Virus record (IMG/VR): IMGVR_UViG_3300031823_000004
Location: 17,341-81,340 of that record
Strand: one strand, 5' to 3'
DNA length: 64,000 bases
From: a virus
Of this stretch, positions 37,015-47,500 are shown piece after piece. The first letter of the stretch is position 1. Every line of letters begins with the position of its first letter. The position numbers and the translations under genes are program-made. Under the pieces are notes generated by a model. It was not told the origin of the DNA and ran no database searches. It was given only the letters and a program-made list of their open reading frames with translations.

Positions 37015-39015
37015 TCAGGCGTTCGCGCCGAGAGCGTTCCATACCGGGCTGTCCGGAAGGAAGTTGCGGATAACCGCGTGGAATTTCGGGATTCTATTCC
37101 GGATTGCGCCGATCGACGCAACGCACCACGGCATGTACAGGTTGGCCGCGAACAGATTGATGCGGGTCAGCGGCAGCAGGTAGCGATAGTCGAGCGCGTC
37201 GTCTTCGGTGCGCATGTCCAGCAGGTAGATGTTCTCGCCACCCGGGATCGAATAGTTGAAGTCGACGAACGTGACGGTTCCTGAACCGCTCGCCAGCACC
37301 GAACCGACATACCGCACCGCGGTCGGCGAGTTGGCGCCTGACGCGAAGCCCGATGCGCCGCTGCGGAACACGCGGTAAGCGTAGGCGTCGGCCGCCGCCG
37401 GACCGCCGATGCTGACCACAACCGCGCCAGATGACGTGATACCGGAACCAGGCGCATAGATGCCGGAAGCGCCCGCCGACCACGTCAGGGTCGACTCGTT
37501 CATGTTCACGTCGGTCGAAGCGACACCGTAGTAGTACTTGGTCGTCGCTCCGGTGTACACGCCACCTGCGACACCCCAGTTGCTGCCGGAATAGGCCGCA
37601 CCGGAAGCCGCCACGAGCACGCCGGATGGCGGTGTCGGGTTGGTGGTCGTGGTGGGCGTGGTGCCGTTTGCGCGCACCTGCCCCTGCGCGGGAATGTCTC
37701 GCGCGGTGATGACGATATCAAGCGGGAACTGGATCGGGCCGAGACGCGTGCGCATGCCCTGCAAGTCGCCATCGACCACGATGCCGCGGCGATCGGCGAA
37801 CTCGGCATTGACCAGGTTGTTCAGCAGCGTCGTCACCAGCGACTGCAATGCACCGTTGGTCGCCGGGGTCATGAAGGCGTGCGTGATGCGGCCGTACTTG
37901 GTCCATGAAGCGACGTTTGCCGCCACTTCATAGATCATGTTGTACAGGGTCTGCGACAGCGACCAGCCCTGCGCGGACGCATTATTCGTGTAGAACGCCT
38001 GGTAATCGAAAATGTTGCCGCTTGGCGTGGTGTAGAAAATACCGGCGAACTGGTTCGGGAAGACGTTCGGATTGCCCTGGAAACACATCCAGTCGGCAGT
38101 CTGGAGCACGGTCAGCGCGCTGTTGGCGTTTTCCTGCTCGTTCACCGATACGAAATTGTTCTGCGCCATCAAAGCCAGGGTAACAGCGCGCCCGTCCAGC
38201 ATCAGCTTCAGGTTGATCGACTGGAGCGAGTAGATACCGGCGTTGGTCGCAAGCGTGCCGGTTTGCACGTTGGAAAAGCCGGACGTCGCCGAACCCGGCA
38301 GCGCACCGCCCGGATCGTCGATGTAGGCGAAGTAGTCGACCACCTGGTACGCCGGGCTTTTCGGCAGCGACTGGTACAGCGTGAAGCTGTCCGGCCGCAC
38401 CGTGCCACGGGCAATGCGCGTGTCGAGCGACACATAGCCCAGCGACTGGCCGCCTGTGATCGACGTGAAGTTGGTCGCCGTGCCGACATCGAGCACCGCC
38501 TTGGCGATCGGGTCGGCCTTGGCCAGTTCGATGACGTCGATCTCGCGCAACGGACCGCGGCTTGAACCTTCGGTCGGTCCGGGTGCGTTGGTCTGGTACC
38601 AGCGTGCCGAATCACGCCATACCTTGGCAAAGGCCTGTTCCGGCGCGGCCGCCTTGTGCAGCGCCTCGCGCGCCGTCGCGCCATTGAACATGATCGGGTT
38701 GCCAGGACCGAAACTGATCGGCACCTCGACGCCCATCGCCACGCCCATGAACATCGGCGCGAGCGGCGCAAGCGGGCTGTTCGCCGGCGGCAGCGACTGT
38801 TCGAACTGCACCAGCGCCTTGGTGGCGCGGTGCATCCGCACCTCTGCCGGTACGTCGGCGTCGATGATCTGCGGCTCGACGTACTCGTTCGCCGGGCGCC
38901 GCACGATCGGATGGGGCGGAACGACCGGTGGCTTGCCGTTTTGGGTCAGCGCGGATCCAGCGAGAAGGCCGGTAGGCGGGACGCCTGGCGTGCCGGTTTC
39001 AATGGATTGGGACAT
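37015..39015 (-). CDS. Major capsid protein (SPO1/Herelleviridae-like) with N-terminal leader and beta-sandwich insertion
   Basis: SLGYVSLD, LY.SLPKSPAY.VVDY, DWMCFQG...QFAGI, YRVFRS, LLPLTRINL; follows protease and scaffold, precedes a strong terminator. Confidence 0.85.
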   Translation of the reverse strand: MSQSIETGTPGVPPTGLLAGSALTQNGKPPVVPPHPIVRRPANEYVEPQIIDADVPAEVRMHRATKALVQFEQSLPPANSPLAPLAPMFMGVAMGVEVPISFGPGNPIMFNGATAREALHKAAAPEQAFAKVWRDSARWYQTNAPGPTEGSSRGPLREIDVIELAKADPIAKAVLDVGTATNFTSITGGQSLGYVSLDTRIARGTVRPDSFTLYQSLPKSPAYQVVDYFAYIDDPGGALPGSATSGFSNVQTGTLATNAGIYSLQSINLKLMLDGRAVTLALMAQNNFVSVNEQENANSALTVLQTADWMCFQGNPNVFPNQFAGIFYTTPSGNIFDYQAFYTNNASAQGWSLSQTLYNMIYEVAANVASWTKYGRITHAFMTPATNGALQSLVTTLLNNLVNAEFADRRGIVVDGDLQGMRTRLGPIQFPLDIVITARDIPAQGQVRANGTTPTTTTNPTPPSGVLVAASGAAYSGSNWGVAGGVYTGATTKYYYGVASTDVNMNESTLTWSAGASGIYAPGSGITSSGAVVVSIGGPAAADAYAYRVFRSGASGFASGANSPTAVRYVGSVLASGSGTVTFVDFNYSIPGGENIYLLDMRTEDDALDYRYLLPLTRINLFAANLYMPWCVASIGAIRNRIPKFHAVIRNFLPDSPVWNALGANA

Positions 39016-39043
39016 CGTCTCTGGTGTTCCTTCTCTCGGGCCG

Positions 39044-40597
39044 TTACGCCGCCTTGGCCTTCAGGATTGCCTGCACCGGCTCCGGGCATCCCGCGATGGC
39101 CGCATTAACCGTGACTTCCGGAATGCCGGGGATGCGCGTCGTCTGCAACGCGTCCATCGCCTTGTCGCGCTGCGCCGCCGTAATGTGGCGAGCCTCGGCC
39201 AGTTCGTTGATTTTCTGGGCCTTCGACTCGAAGGTGACGACTTCCCCCTTGAACAAGTCGGTCACCGGCGGCATCGTGTTGTTCGGGTTGCGGCTCTGGC
39301 CGCCGACCATGCGCATGACTTCTTCGACACGCGCGGTCAGCAAGGCTTGTCCGGACAGCGACGCCTTGACGGCCTCGGCCATCGCGTCCATCGCCTTTTG
39401 CACGTCCGCCGCCACTGGCGCCGTGCCAGTTGCGCCACCGGTCGCCGTCGCCGCCGTGCTGTCGCCGGTCGCCGCCGTGCTGTCGCCGGACGTTGCCGCT
39501 GGTGCCGTCGCCGTCTTGCCAAGCGGCCACTTGTCCTGATTCTTGGCCTTGGCTTCCTTGGCCGCTTTGGAGACAGATTCGAGACGCGCCTCGATCGCCT
39601 TCATGCTCAGGCCGACCTTGCCCTCGCGCAGTGCCTTGGCGACCGCGGCATGCGTCCGCGCCTTGGCCAGACGCCGCATGCCCATGTTGTACTGGCGCAC
39701 ACCAGCGTTCGGCTGGCCGTCCGCCATCGCATCGGCCGCGGCCTTGAACGCTCCACGGGCGAGACGGGTCAGCCCCTTGGCAATCAGGCGCTCGCGCGCC
39801 GCAGCCTTGCCAACAGCCTTTTTCGCCTCGTCCTCGTCTTCCTCGCCTTCCTCTTCAAGCTCGTTGGTGATCTCGATCTCGGTACCACCACCGGACTCTT
39901 CCTGCTCGGCCTCTTCGTCCTCGTCCTCTTCCTCGTCAGCGTTGCCCGACTCACTGTCCTTGTTGGATTCGGACTCACCCTTGGCCTTGGAGACAGCCTT
40001 GACCACCTCCGGAATAGCCTTGGCGATGGCACCCGGAAGCGCCTTGGCAACGGCTGCCGACACCGCGGCCTCGATCGCCGCCTTGTCGATCGCCACCGGC
40101 TCCGCAGTGCTAAGGGACAGCACCATCAGGTCGATCCGGTCATTGATCGCCTTCGCGGTGCTGAACAGCGACTTCAGCGCCGCACCATGCGCGCGCAGCT
40201 TTGCACCCAGCATTTCGGTCGCGCGCTGCACACCGCGCTGCGGCGTATGCCGCGAGTACTCGCGCTCCATGCGCTCGGCGCCGCCACCAGCAGCATCCTG
40301 CTGCGGACCGACGTTGACGCTGCCGCCCGGTACCGAACTTTCCGGACCATGCGCATTCACCAGCCTGGCATGATCGTCCTGCGGCCCATCCCACAGATCC
40401 TCGACGATCGGCACGGTGCCCTGATCGTCGCCGGTGAACATCATGTGGTTTTCCGACTTGCCGATCTCCACGCTGGCGGACACCGCCGCATCGGCAATCA
40501 GCGTCTCACGTTCGGCCTTGGTCATGTGCGGCCATGCGGCAGCAAGGGCCTTGCTGATGCGGGAAACGAACGTGGGCTTAGTGTCAGCGTTGGCCAT
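39044..40597 (-). CDS. Capsid scaffolding protein (internal in-frame start)
   Basis: CAGGAGG RBS before ATG 40597; acidic and helical, many xKA motifs; directly upstream of the capsid gene. Confidence 0.7.
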   Translation of the reverse strand: MANADTKPTFVSRISKALAAAWPHMTKAERETLIADAAVSASVEIGKSENHMMFTGDDQGTVPIVEDLWDGPQDDHARLVNAHGPESSVPGGSVNVGPQQDAAGGGAERMEREYSRHTPQRGVQRATEMLGAKLRAHGAALKSLFSTAKAINDRIDLMVLSLSTAEPVAIDKAAIEAAVSAAVAKALPGAIAKAIPEVVKAVSKAKGESESNKDSESGNADEEEDEDEEAEQEESGGGTEIEITNELEEEGEEDEDEAKKAVGKAAARERLIAKGLTRLARGAFKAAADAMADGQPNAGVRQYNMGMRRLAKARTHAAVAKALREGKVGLSMKAIEARLESVSKAAKEAKAKNQDKWPLGKTATAPAATSGDSTAATGDSTAATATGGATGTAPVAADVQKAMDAMAEAVKASLSGQALLTARVEEVMRMVGGQSRNPNNTMPPVTDLFKGEVVTFESKAQKINELAEARHITAAQRDKAMDALQTTRIPGIPEVTVNAAIAGCPEPVQAILKAKAA

Positions 40598-41299
40598 GAA
40601 ACCTCCTGAAGCGTACGGTTCTGCCTTCGGCAGACCCTTACCTGAAGCGCTTACCCCCGACCCGGCCTCGCCCAGTAGCCCGGATCGGCATTCGCACGGA
40701 GTATCTGTCGCGCAACAGACATGCTCCAATGCCGCTACAGCGTCCGTACGGACGGCTTTTGCAACCAGTGCGCATTTTGTATCGCCCTGGCGCAACCAGT
40801 ACAGGAACTCCGAAAACGTCATCCGTACAACCGCACCGGCCCGCTCCCGGCCACGCCCATCGGAAAATGCTGCCAGATAGGTGTCGCGAACCGCCTCGCG
40901 GTGGGGAAAGCCGAGGAAAACCTTATGCTCGTCGAAGGCCTTCGTGTCCGCGTCCACCTGGTCAATAGCCCAGACCGGCAGCTTTGATGCGGCATGTGCT
41001 TCCGGGCCTACGTACACGTCCACCTGGTCGCCGTCAGCCCCGGTCGTCTCCTTAACGTAGCCGTAGTGGCACGGCATGACGACAGACCACGGCTTGCCGC
41101 CGGGCCCGATCCCGCTGCGCGTACGGCCCTTCGGTGTTTCGATCGTCACCGGCAGGCCGCCCACCAGGGCATGCGCCTTTTTGTAATTGCCCGCCCGCGC
41201 CTGTTCGGGCGTCGGATCCCAGGCACGATTGACCGCCCGGTCGAGATCGCCAGGTGCCGCCACTTCGATCGGATTGTCGCGATGGCCGGGATGGCTCAC
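39044..41299 (-). CDS. Inorganic-pyrophosphatase-like (polyvalent-protein InPase) domain fused in frame to the scaffold
   Basis: PTPEQARAGNYKK.H...IETPKG..RSG...W...M..HYGY...T.GADGDQVDVYVGP...IDQ...FDEHKV.LGF. Confidence 0.8.
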   Translation of the reverse strand: MSHPGHRDNPIEVAAPGDLDRAVNRAWDPTPEQARAGNYKKAHALVGGLPVTIETPKGRTRSGIGPGGKPWSVVMPCHYGYVKETTGADGDQVDVYVGPEAHAASKLPVWAIDQVDADTKAFDEHKVFLGFPHREAVRDTYLAAFSDGRGRERAGAVVRMTFSEFLYWLRQGDTKCALVAKAVRTDAVAALEHVCCATDTPCECRSGLLGEAGSGVSASGKGLPKAEPYASGGFMANADTKPTFVSRISKALAAAWPHMTKAERETLIADAAVSASVEIGKSENHMMFTGDDQGTVPIVEDLWDGPQDDHARLVNAHGPESSVPGGSVNVGPQQDAAGGGAERMEREYSRHTPQRGVQRATEMLGAKLRAHGAALKSLFSTAKAINDRIDLMVLSLSTAEPVAIDKAAIEAAVSAAVAKALPGAIAKAIPEVVKAVSKAKGESESNKDSESGNADEEEDEDEEAEQEESGGGTEIEITNELEEEGEEDEDEAKKAVGKAAARERLIAKGLTRLARGAFKAAADAMADGQPNAGVRQYNMGMRRLAKARTHAAVAKALREGKVGLSMKAIEARLESVSKAAKEAKAKNQDKWPLGKTATAPAATSGDSTAATGDSTAATATGGATGTAPVAADVQKAMDAMAEAVKASLSGQALLTARVEEVMRMVGGQSRNPNNTMPPVTDLFKGEVVTFESKAQKINELAEARHITAAQRDKAMDALQTTRIPGIPEVTVNAAIAGCPEPVQAILKAKAA

Positions 41300-42159
41300 T
41301 GAAGTACGCCGTCCGGTGTGCGCTGGAACGTCCGCCCTATCGCCTTTTCCATGTTGCGCCGGTGCATCATGGCATGCGCCATAACGTCAGCCATCCCAGC
41401 CGGGTAACCGCGGCACTTTTCAAAATGACTGCGGTAGCCGTGCAGGCTCGGGTACTCCTGCGCACGGCAGCCCGGGCAGTCAGCCGCCGCGTACACGTCG
41501 GCCATCGTCTGGGGTACTGCCAGGATCGCCGACAGCGGCGGCCCGTGCGGCTCGGCCTTGGCAAGGTCCGCCAGATAGGCCTTGGCCGTGACGATCCGCG
41601 CCGGGGATGTGAGTGCTGTGTTTTTCGGTGTACGGGTGAACGCCAGCCCCGTCCATTCGATCGACTTGATAACGAAACGCGTCGCCGCGGAGCCCGGGCA
41701 CTCCCCCTTGGTGCAGTCGTCCAGGTCCATAGGAAAGCCGTAGATCGACGAGTACCAAAGGACCGGCGGGTCTCGCCGCAGGCTGTCCCATAGCTCGTCA
41801 GCGTGGCCTGGAACCCCGTCGAGCGACTTGCTGATCTCCCCCTTGACGAACGTACGGCCACCGGGCGCGGCAGTAACCTCCAGCGGCCGCCCGACGATCC
41901 ACGACGCCGGATTGGCGATCGGTGGGATCATCCGGTGACCCAGATCGGACCGGTGCTCGATATCGAAGTGACCGTACCGGACGAAATTGTCGGCCGCGTC
42001 CAGCAACGCTTTCTGCAATACAATATCGCCGTCCAGGTCTTTTTCCTCGGTTGAACTCTCTACCGAGACGATACGCCGACCGTCGCTGTCAGGCGCGTAC
42101 GCTTTGACCAGCGCGGGAAAGCGCGCGACGATGGCGCGATCAAGCAGGTCCAGTTCCAT
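41296..42159 (-). CDS. Prohead maturation protease
   Basis: STEEKDLDGDIV, FDIEH, IVGRP, VKGEI, SIYG, AFTRTPKN; start approximate. Confidence 0.8.
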   Translation of the reverse strand: MELDLLDRAIVARFPALVKAYAPDSDGRRIVSVESSTEEKDLDGDIVLQKALLDAADNFVRYGHFDIEHRSDLGHRMIPPIANPASWIVGRPLEVTAAPGGRTFVKGEISKSLDGVPGHADELWDSLRRDPPVLWYSSIYGFPMDLDDCTKGECPGSAATRFVIKSIEWTGLAFTRTPKNTALTSPARIVTAKAYLADLAKAEPHGPPLSAILAVPQTMADVYAAADCPGCRAQEYPSLHGYRSHFEKCRGYPAGMADVMAHAMMHRRNMEKAIGRTFQRTPDGVLQ

Positions 42160-42263
42160 CGGAATACGATTGCAAAAAAGCGGCTGTCCGCCTATGCAGA
42201 GCGCACGGCTTCGGCCGCTCGTGGGGTCGTCGAGTAGCGCATCCGGCGGCAACCACCGCCCCT

Positions 42264-42653
42264 GTGACCCGGATCCAGGTCACAGGGGAGTACCTCCAGG
42301 GAGTAGCAGCTATGGGCCTCGGCATCGTAACAGCATCCAACTGCTTCAGCGAACCTGTCATACAGCGTTCCCTGCCGCCGGAGCATCGGATCCTTGGCGT
42401 CAAAGCCGGTCCGCACTGCACCGACTACCTGATCGAAGGACCGTTGATGCCAACCGCCGAACCGGCGGAAAACGTGTCGCTTCTGTTCACGATGAACCAG
42501 CGCGACAACCGATTTTACCTCACTGGACAGGTAACCTACCCTCGCAGCCCGGTATCCACCAGTTGGGCTATCGGCGACTGGCCGTCGATGGCTGCTTACC
42601 AAAAGGAAATCGAATACTTAAACCGTAAAGCTGAAGTCGCTTTTATAAGCTGA
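42264..42653 (+). CDS. Hypothetical protein
   Basis: ORF opposite to the late operon, coupled to the next ORF. Confidence 0.55.
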   Translation: MTRIQVTGEYLQGVAAMGLGIVTASNCFSEPVIQRSLPPEHRILGVKAGPHCTDYLIEGPLMPTAEPAENVSLLFTMNQRDNRFYLTGQVTYPRSPVSTSWAIGDWPSMAAYQKEIEYLNRKAEVAFIS

Positions 42654-42656
42654 AAA

Positions 42657-42911
42657 ATGAGACTGACTGTGGCAAAACTGGAAATAGCGGGTCATCTGTT
42701 TGATATAAGCGCGTTCGGTCCGATCCGCTGCATCAAACCGAATTGCCAAATAGAGGGCGGTGCTCTCTACACCGACGTGCTGGGCATGCAGAAAAGCAAC
42801 GTCGGCAAAAGCGGCCCTGTCTCTCTGTGCCACTACGGCGCGACAAGCGATGCCGAATACCTTAGCGTGCTGAACGAACTGGAGCGCATAAGCGCTTCGT
42901 TCAAAAGCTAA
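42657..42911 (+). CDS. Hypothetical protein
   Basis: Starts 3 nt after the upstream stop. Confidence 0.5.
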   Translation: MRLTVAKLEIAGHLFDISAFGPIRCIKPNCQIEGGALYTDVLGMQKSNVGKSGPVSLCHYGATSDAEYLSVLNELERISASFKS

Positions 42912-43294
42912 ATCGACCCATCCTGCCGCGTCATCGCATCAACGACATCGCGGTACTCATGGATGGTGTACGGGTCTTCGCCTGGCCCGTGAAGCGGCGC
43001 AAAGGGCCGCTCGTCGCCGATCTGGAACCACTCGCCCATCTCGTGGTTTTCCAGCGCGAGGCACCTGTCGAATACCCAGCGCCGCCATGACCGTTCATTG
43101 TAAGTAACTGTCGGCACCGGGAAGAAGTGGCGCACCGTAAACCGCCGACCATGCGGATCACGTGCGTCCAGACCCGGCACTTTGATGACCAGCCGCAGCG
43201 CACCATCCTCGTCGACCAGCTTGAAAGTCCAGCCCGGCTTGCAAGTCACGGTAGCGACCAGGGTCTCCAGGATATCGAATGTGTTATCGGCCAT
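42908..43294 (-). CDS. Hypothetical phage protein
   Basis: CKPGW.F...W..D....LENHEMGEWF....RPFAP.H. Confidence 0.7.
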   Translation of the reverse strand: MADNTFDILETLVATVTCKPGWTFKLVDEDGALRLVIKVPGLDARDPHGRRFTVRHFFPVPTVTYNERSWRRWVFDRCLALENHEMGEWFQIGDERPFAPLHGPGEDPYTIHEYRDVVDAMTRQDGSI

Positions 43295-43296
43295 GA

Positions 43297-43494
43297 TTAG
43301 AAAGCCCCCTGTTTTGGCTTTATGACAGCGCTATCGAACTTCTGTTTTCGGCTGGCGATAAGCGCATCCCGTGCTTCCGGTGTCATGGCAGCACAGGTTG
43401 TACAGTGCATCCGCGGGTATGCGTCACCTGTCGTGCATGTCTTGTGGCCGCATTCCCAGTACTCGACATCTGAACCCGTACGTGTCCAGCCCAT
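43297..43494 (-). CDS. Small Zn-ribbon-like protein
   Basis: CAGGAG RBS; ECGH...CTTC. Confidence 0.55.
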   Translation of the reverse strand: MGWTRTGSDVEYWECGHKTCTTGDAYPRMHCTTCAAMTPEARDALIASRKQKFDSAVIKPKQGAF

Positions 43495-43510
43495 CGCGAT
43501 AACTCCTGCG

Positions 43511-44164
43511 CTAATCTGCCTCCATCGGCGCAAAAGCCGCCACCGCGCCAAGCTGGGATGGTATCCAGGCCTCCAGCGAATCACGCCGCCCTTCGCCCAC
43601 CGCAAACACCGTTCCGGATAGCACCGGCGACAGCGCCTCTTCGCAACGGTCGAGCCATTCGTCCACCGGCCGCCGACCAAGCTGATAGGCACACCACGCC
43701 ACAGTGTAGCGCGGCCCGGCCACCTCATTGATAAACCATTCCATGACCTTTTCGCCGTGACGGGAGTGGTGCCGGGCGTGAAACGCCACCTCGATCATCA
43801 GATCGCGCAGGTTCGCCATCGCCACGTAGTTCAGTTGCATCCGCCCGACAAAGCGGCAATCCGGACAGGCGCAGACACTCCAGCGGTGCCCGGGCGGCAC
43901 CAGGCGCATTGCCCGTGCCAACTCCTCCCGCCGCCGCACCCATTCGACACACACCGCGCAGCCGCAGGCGTCGTCGGTATCGAGCATGGTCGCATGGTCG
44001 AGCGGCGCCATCGGCCGCGGCAACACGCGTAACTCATTGGACGAACTGTTCGCCATATAGGCGCCCAGCATGGCGTCGATCTGCGCTGCCTCGCTTTGCA
44101 GGGCGAACCAGCGCACTGCCAAGCCGCTGACGACAGGGTCAAGGGACGGAAGCATGGGCGCCAT
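43511..44164 (-). CDS. Hypothetical protein with two CxCxxC motifs
   Basis: CGCAVC and CACPDC. Confidence 0.6.
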   Translation of the reverse strand: MAPMLPSLDPVVSGLAVRWFALQSEAAQIDAMLGAYMANSSSNELRVLPRPMAPLDHATMLDTDDACGCAVCVEWVRRREELARAMRLVPPGHRWSVCACPDCRFVGRMQLNYVAMANLRDLMIEVAFHARHHSRHGEKVMEWFINEVAGPRYTVAWCAYQLGRRPVDEWLDRCEEALSPVLSGTVFAVGEGRRDSLEAWIPSQLGAVAAFAPMEAD

Positions 44165-44585
44165 TCAGCGGTGCACCGACCGGCCAGTAGCGCCGATCGG
44201 TTTCCGACACTCTGTCTACGATTTGCGTGCGATGCGTGAGCGCGACACGGAGGGCCCCTAGCGTGCGCGCGGCGTCCTCCGGCACCAGGATGCAGTAAGC
44301 CTCATGCAGCGCCTTGATATCCAGCGGACCACGCTCCAGCAGGATTTCCTTCACCTTGTCGGCCAGCATGTCCCGCTTCGAAACAGGCCTGGACTCCGTC
44401 TTCGATTCGGCCTTCGGCGCGCTCGTCGCCTTCGCCCGGGCGCCTTCGTACATGGTAAAGAAAGCGTCCAGCGAGACGATTTCCCGGCCGATTTCGATCC
44501 GCCGGATCGCCATCTCCCGCACCACCGGATCGGGCGATTCCGCGGCGATCTCCAGTGGGCTCCGTACCCTGTTCATGTCTGCCAT
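44139..44585 (-). CDS. Putative winged-helix DNA-binding protein
   Basis: VKEILLERGPLDIKAL...LRVALT...YWP. Confidence 0.55.
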   Translation of the reverse strand: MADMNRVRSPLEIAAESPDPVVREMAIRRIEIGREIVSLDAFFTMYEGARAKATSAPKAESKTESRPVSKRDMLADKVKEILLERGPLDIKALHEAYCILVPEDAARTLGALRVALTHRTQIVDRVSETDRRYWPVGAPLNGAHASVP

Positions 44586-44586
44586 G

Positions 44587-47500
44587 CTACTCCGCAGCCT
44601 CCATAATCGCCGGTACGATCTCCTCGTACGCAGCCTTCCACGCCCCCAGATCGGACCCAAAACCGAATAGCTCGGCCGCCTTGTCCGGCTGTTCGCTCAG
44701 CCAGGGTGCGACCAGCATCGGGTCGATCGGGTCGATACTGACCGGGATCCCCAGCGCGGCAAGACAGCGCAAGGCCTCGACCGGGGGTGCCGGTCCGGCT
44801 GCGCCGATCAGCGAGCGCAGCACGATCCGGTCGATCCCCAGCCGCTTCAGCCCGGCGGCGATTTCCTTTGGCCGCCGGATATCCCAGCCGTCCAGGTTCG
44901 CCGGTGCCGGTGCGGCCAGCCGCAGCATGAAGCCGTCGAGAACGCCGCAGAACACCGTCTGGCCGACCCGCATCCGGGCCACGGACTGGCCGCTCGCGCC
45001 CGGCATGTCATTGATCGTCAGCACCCGCACCGTGTCCAGGCGAGGCCGCTTTTCATCCCATAGCAGCATGTCGCGGTTCAACCCGGAGATCGTGGCGCCG
45101 CCCTGCGCCGTCGCAACAGCCAGGCAGGGGTGCCAGTACGGATCGGCGTCCGGCCAGCGCGCAGCGAAACGCACATTGTCGTCCGCCAACTGCTTCAGCG
45201 TGTTGGCCTGGTCGTTCGGATTGGTACGCGAGGTGCCTTCCGGGTGCAGCAGTTCCGCCGACATCTCGACGACGTTGCGCAGCCCCAGCTTCCGCAGCTT
45301 CATGCAGAAATCGGTATCCCCGTAATTCAGCGGGAAAACCTTGTCGTCGAAGCCGCCAGCCCGACTGAAGTTTGCACGCGAAACCAGCATGCAGGCACCG
45401 GTCACCGCCTGCGCCTCGTGGTTCAGCATAGCCAGCCAGCCGTTACCGGCCTGACCATTCGGCAGCCCCTTCAACAGGTGCCCGGCGATCCCCTGGTGCA
45501 CCACAACGCCAACGTGTTGCACGATACCGGCAGGGTGGATCAGCCGCGCACCGACAGCGCCGACATCCGGCCGAATCGCATGGCCCATCATCGCGTCGAG
45601 CCAGTACTCCGTGCCGAACTGCACGTCATCGTTGACAAAGCACAGGTACTCGCCATTAATGTGGCGCACCGCCTCATTCATGCAGCCGGACCAGTTGAAC
45701 TTCCCATCCGGCGCTGCCCAGTGGACAGTGCTCACACGCGGATCGTTCTGTGCAGCACCAAGTTCCGGCCAATCACGTTCAGGACCGTTCTGCATCACGA
45801 TGATTTCGAAATTCGGATATCGGGTGTGCTGGCGGATCGTGTTGACGCACGGCTGAATCAGCCGCCCGGCACCAAGCGTCGGTATGATGATCGACACCAG
45901 CGGCGCACAGTTGTCGACATCCCACTTACGCTTTACGGCGAGCGCGCCGGGCAGCATGGGATGCGCGCTGACGTCGATCGCGTCTCCGTAGCGGTGTTCG
46001 ATCGCCATCTGCCGATTGAGCGCCGACATCGCCAACTCTTCCGGGGTCGCCTCGCGAACGATAACCAGCGGCTCCGGGATATGCTGAAAGGCTTTTGCGC
46101 CATGAGTTTCCGCGACAGCCAACACATGGCTGTACAAACTCGTACGGTTTTGCGGAATACCTACTGTATAGCTCATATATCCTACGCGCACTGCGCAGAT
46201 CGGCGTGACGTAATCACGCGCCAAAAACAGTTCCAGATCGAAGTCCGGTTTGAAATCCGGATACACATGACCCTCGGTATTGCGAAATTCATTGTCGCCA
46301 TACACTACCAGAACATCATCAGGCGCACTGGCACAGGCAGCGCGCAGCGTGGCGAGACCGTTCACCCTCCAGTCAACGGTGTCGTCGATGAAAACGACCC
46401 ACTCCGATGTAATGTCCTTCGCGCCGAACACGGCAACAAACAGCGACGCCGCCGCTGCTTTCTCGTAATCCGGGTCCGGCACGTCGCCCTTCAGCGCCGA
46501 CCAGGATGCATAGTCGTGCCCAAAACCAGCCATGCCCGGCTGGGGTCCGGCCCAGCGCATGCGCAGCATGTCGAGTTCGACGTCAAGCCGCTCCTGCTTC
46601 GACAGGTTCTCCACCGGCAGGTTGCCGAGGGCGTTGCCGTAGCCGCGAAGCTGGAGCCGCTGTCCGGCAGCGTGACTGGGCGCGATCGGCACCGACTCGG
46701 ACGCTGCATAGGCATCCGCCGCCTGCATCGTGCGCCAGCCGCGCGCCAGCGCACGCAAGCCCCACTCCATAAGGGACTGCTCCTCATTGCCGCCGCAGCC
46801 CACGGGATCCGGTATGCCGACGTCGGCCAGCGCCCGGGCGGACAGTAAGATGCACGGGCCCGACGGTGCAGCAACCGCAAGACGGCGGCCAGGCAGCATC
46901 GTGCGCAGTGACGCTGTAATCGCCGTGACAAGGTCAGCGGACATCGGCGTCCAGTGTCCATCGCGCGGGAAAGCGTTGGGCCCATCGGAGGCCAGCGGTA
47001 CCACCGCGCCTACCTTATCCCCTTGCATCAGCGTGCCGCGCATTGCGTGCCAGCCCGTCTCGTCGAACACCGTTCCAGACCGCAACCACAACAGGTCAGC
47101 ACCAAGCGAGACAGCAAGGCGGCACGCGTCCTCCAACGAATGCTTGCGACCGGCATTGCGCAGGAAACGCGGCGGCTGACCGCTGGACAGTGCCAGCACC
47201 GTATCCTCCAGCCGCTTGTGGACCGGCCCGGGCACCCAGGCCTTCGCTGTCGCGTCTTTCTTGATCCACGCGTCGACACGCGCGGGCATGAGGCCTTCAA
47301 GCGTATGCGTCGCCAGCACCCATTGCTGGAGCCGATCGGCGGAATGCTGACGGGCTTCTGGTGCGCTGTTGACGAACACCGATATGGCTTTCGTCCAGTC
47401 TTCCGGAGATTCAGCGTAGTGAAACACCGGCGGATCGCCGTCAACGTAAGGCTCAAGCCACTGCACGATGGCGCAGGCACCGGTCATGCCCGCCTCGATC

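Noticed and set aside
38456-40609. Long plus-strand ORFs opposite the capsid/scaffold genes (also 53255-55249, 45130-46848, 25324-26607, 56071-57603)
   Set aside because: Antisense shadows of high-GC coding genes, with no motifs or RBS.
42264-42653. Similarity of HRILGVK...DYLIEG to VRIIAVK...EFLIEG in ORF 55999-57135
   Set aside because: Too short to support paralogy by eye.
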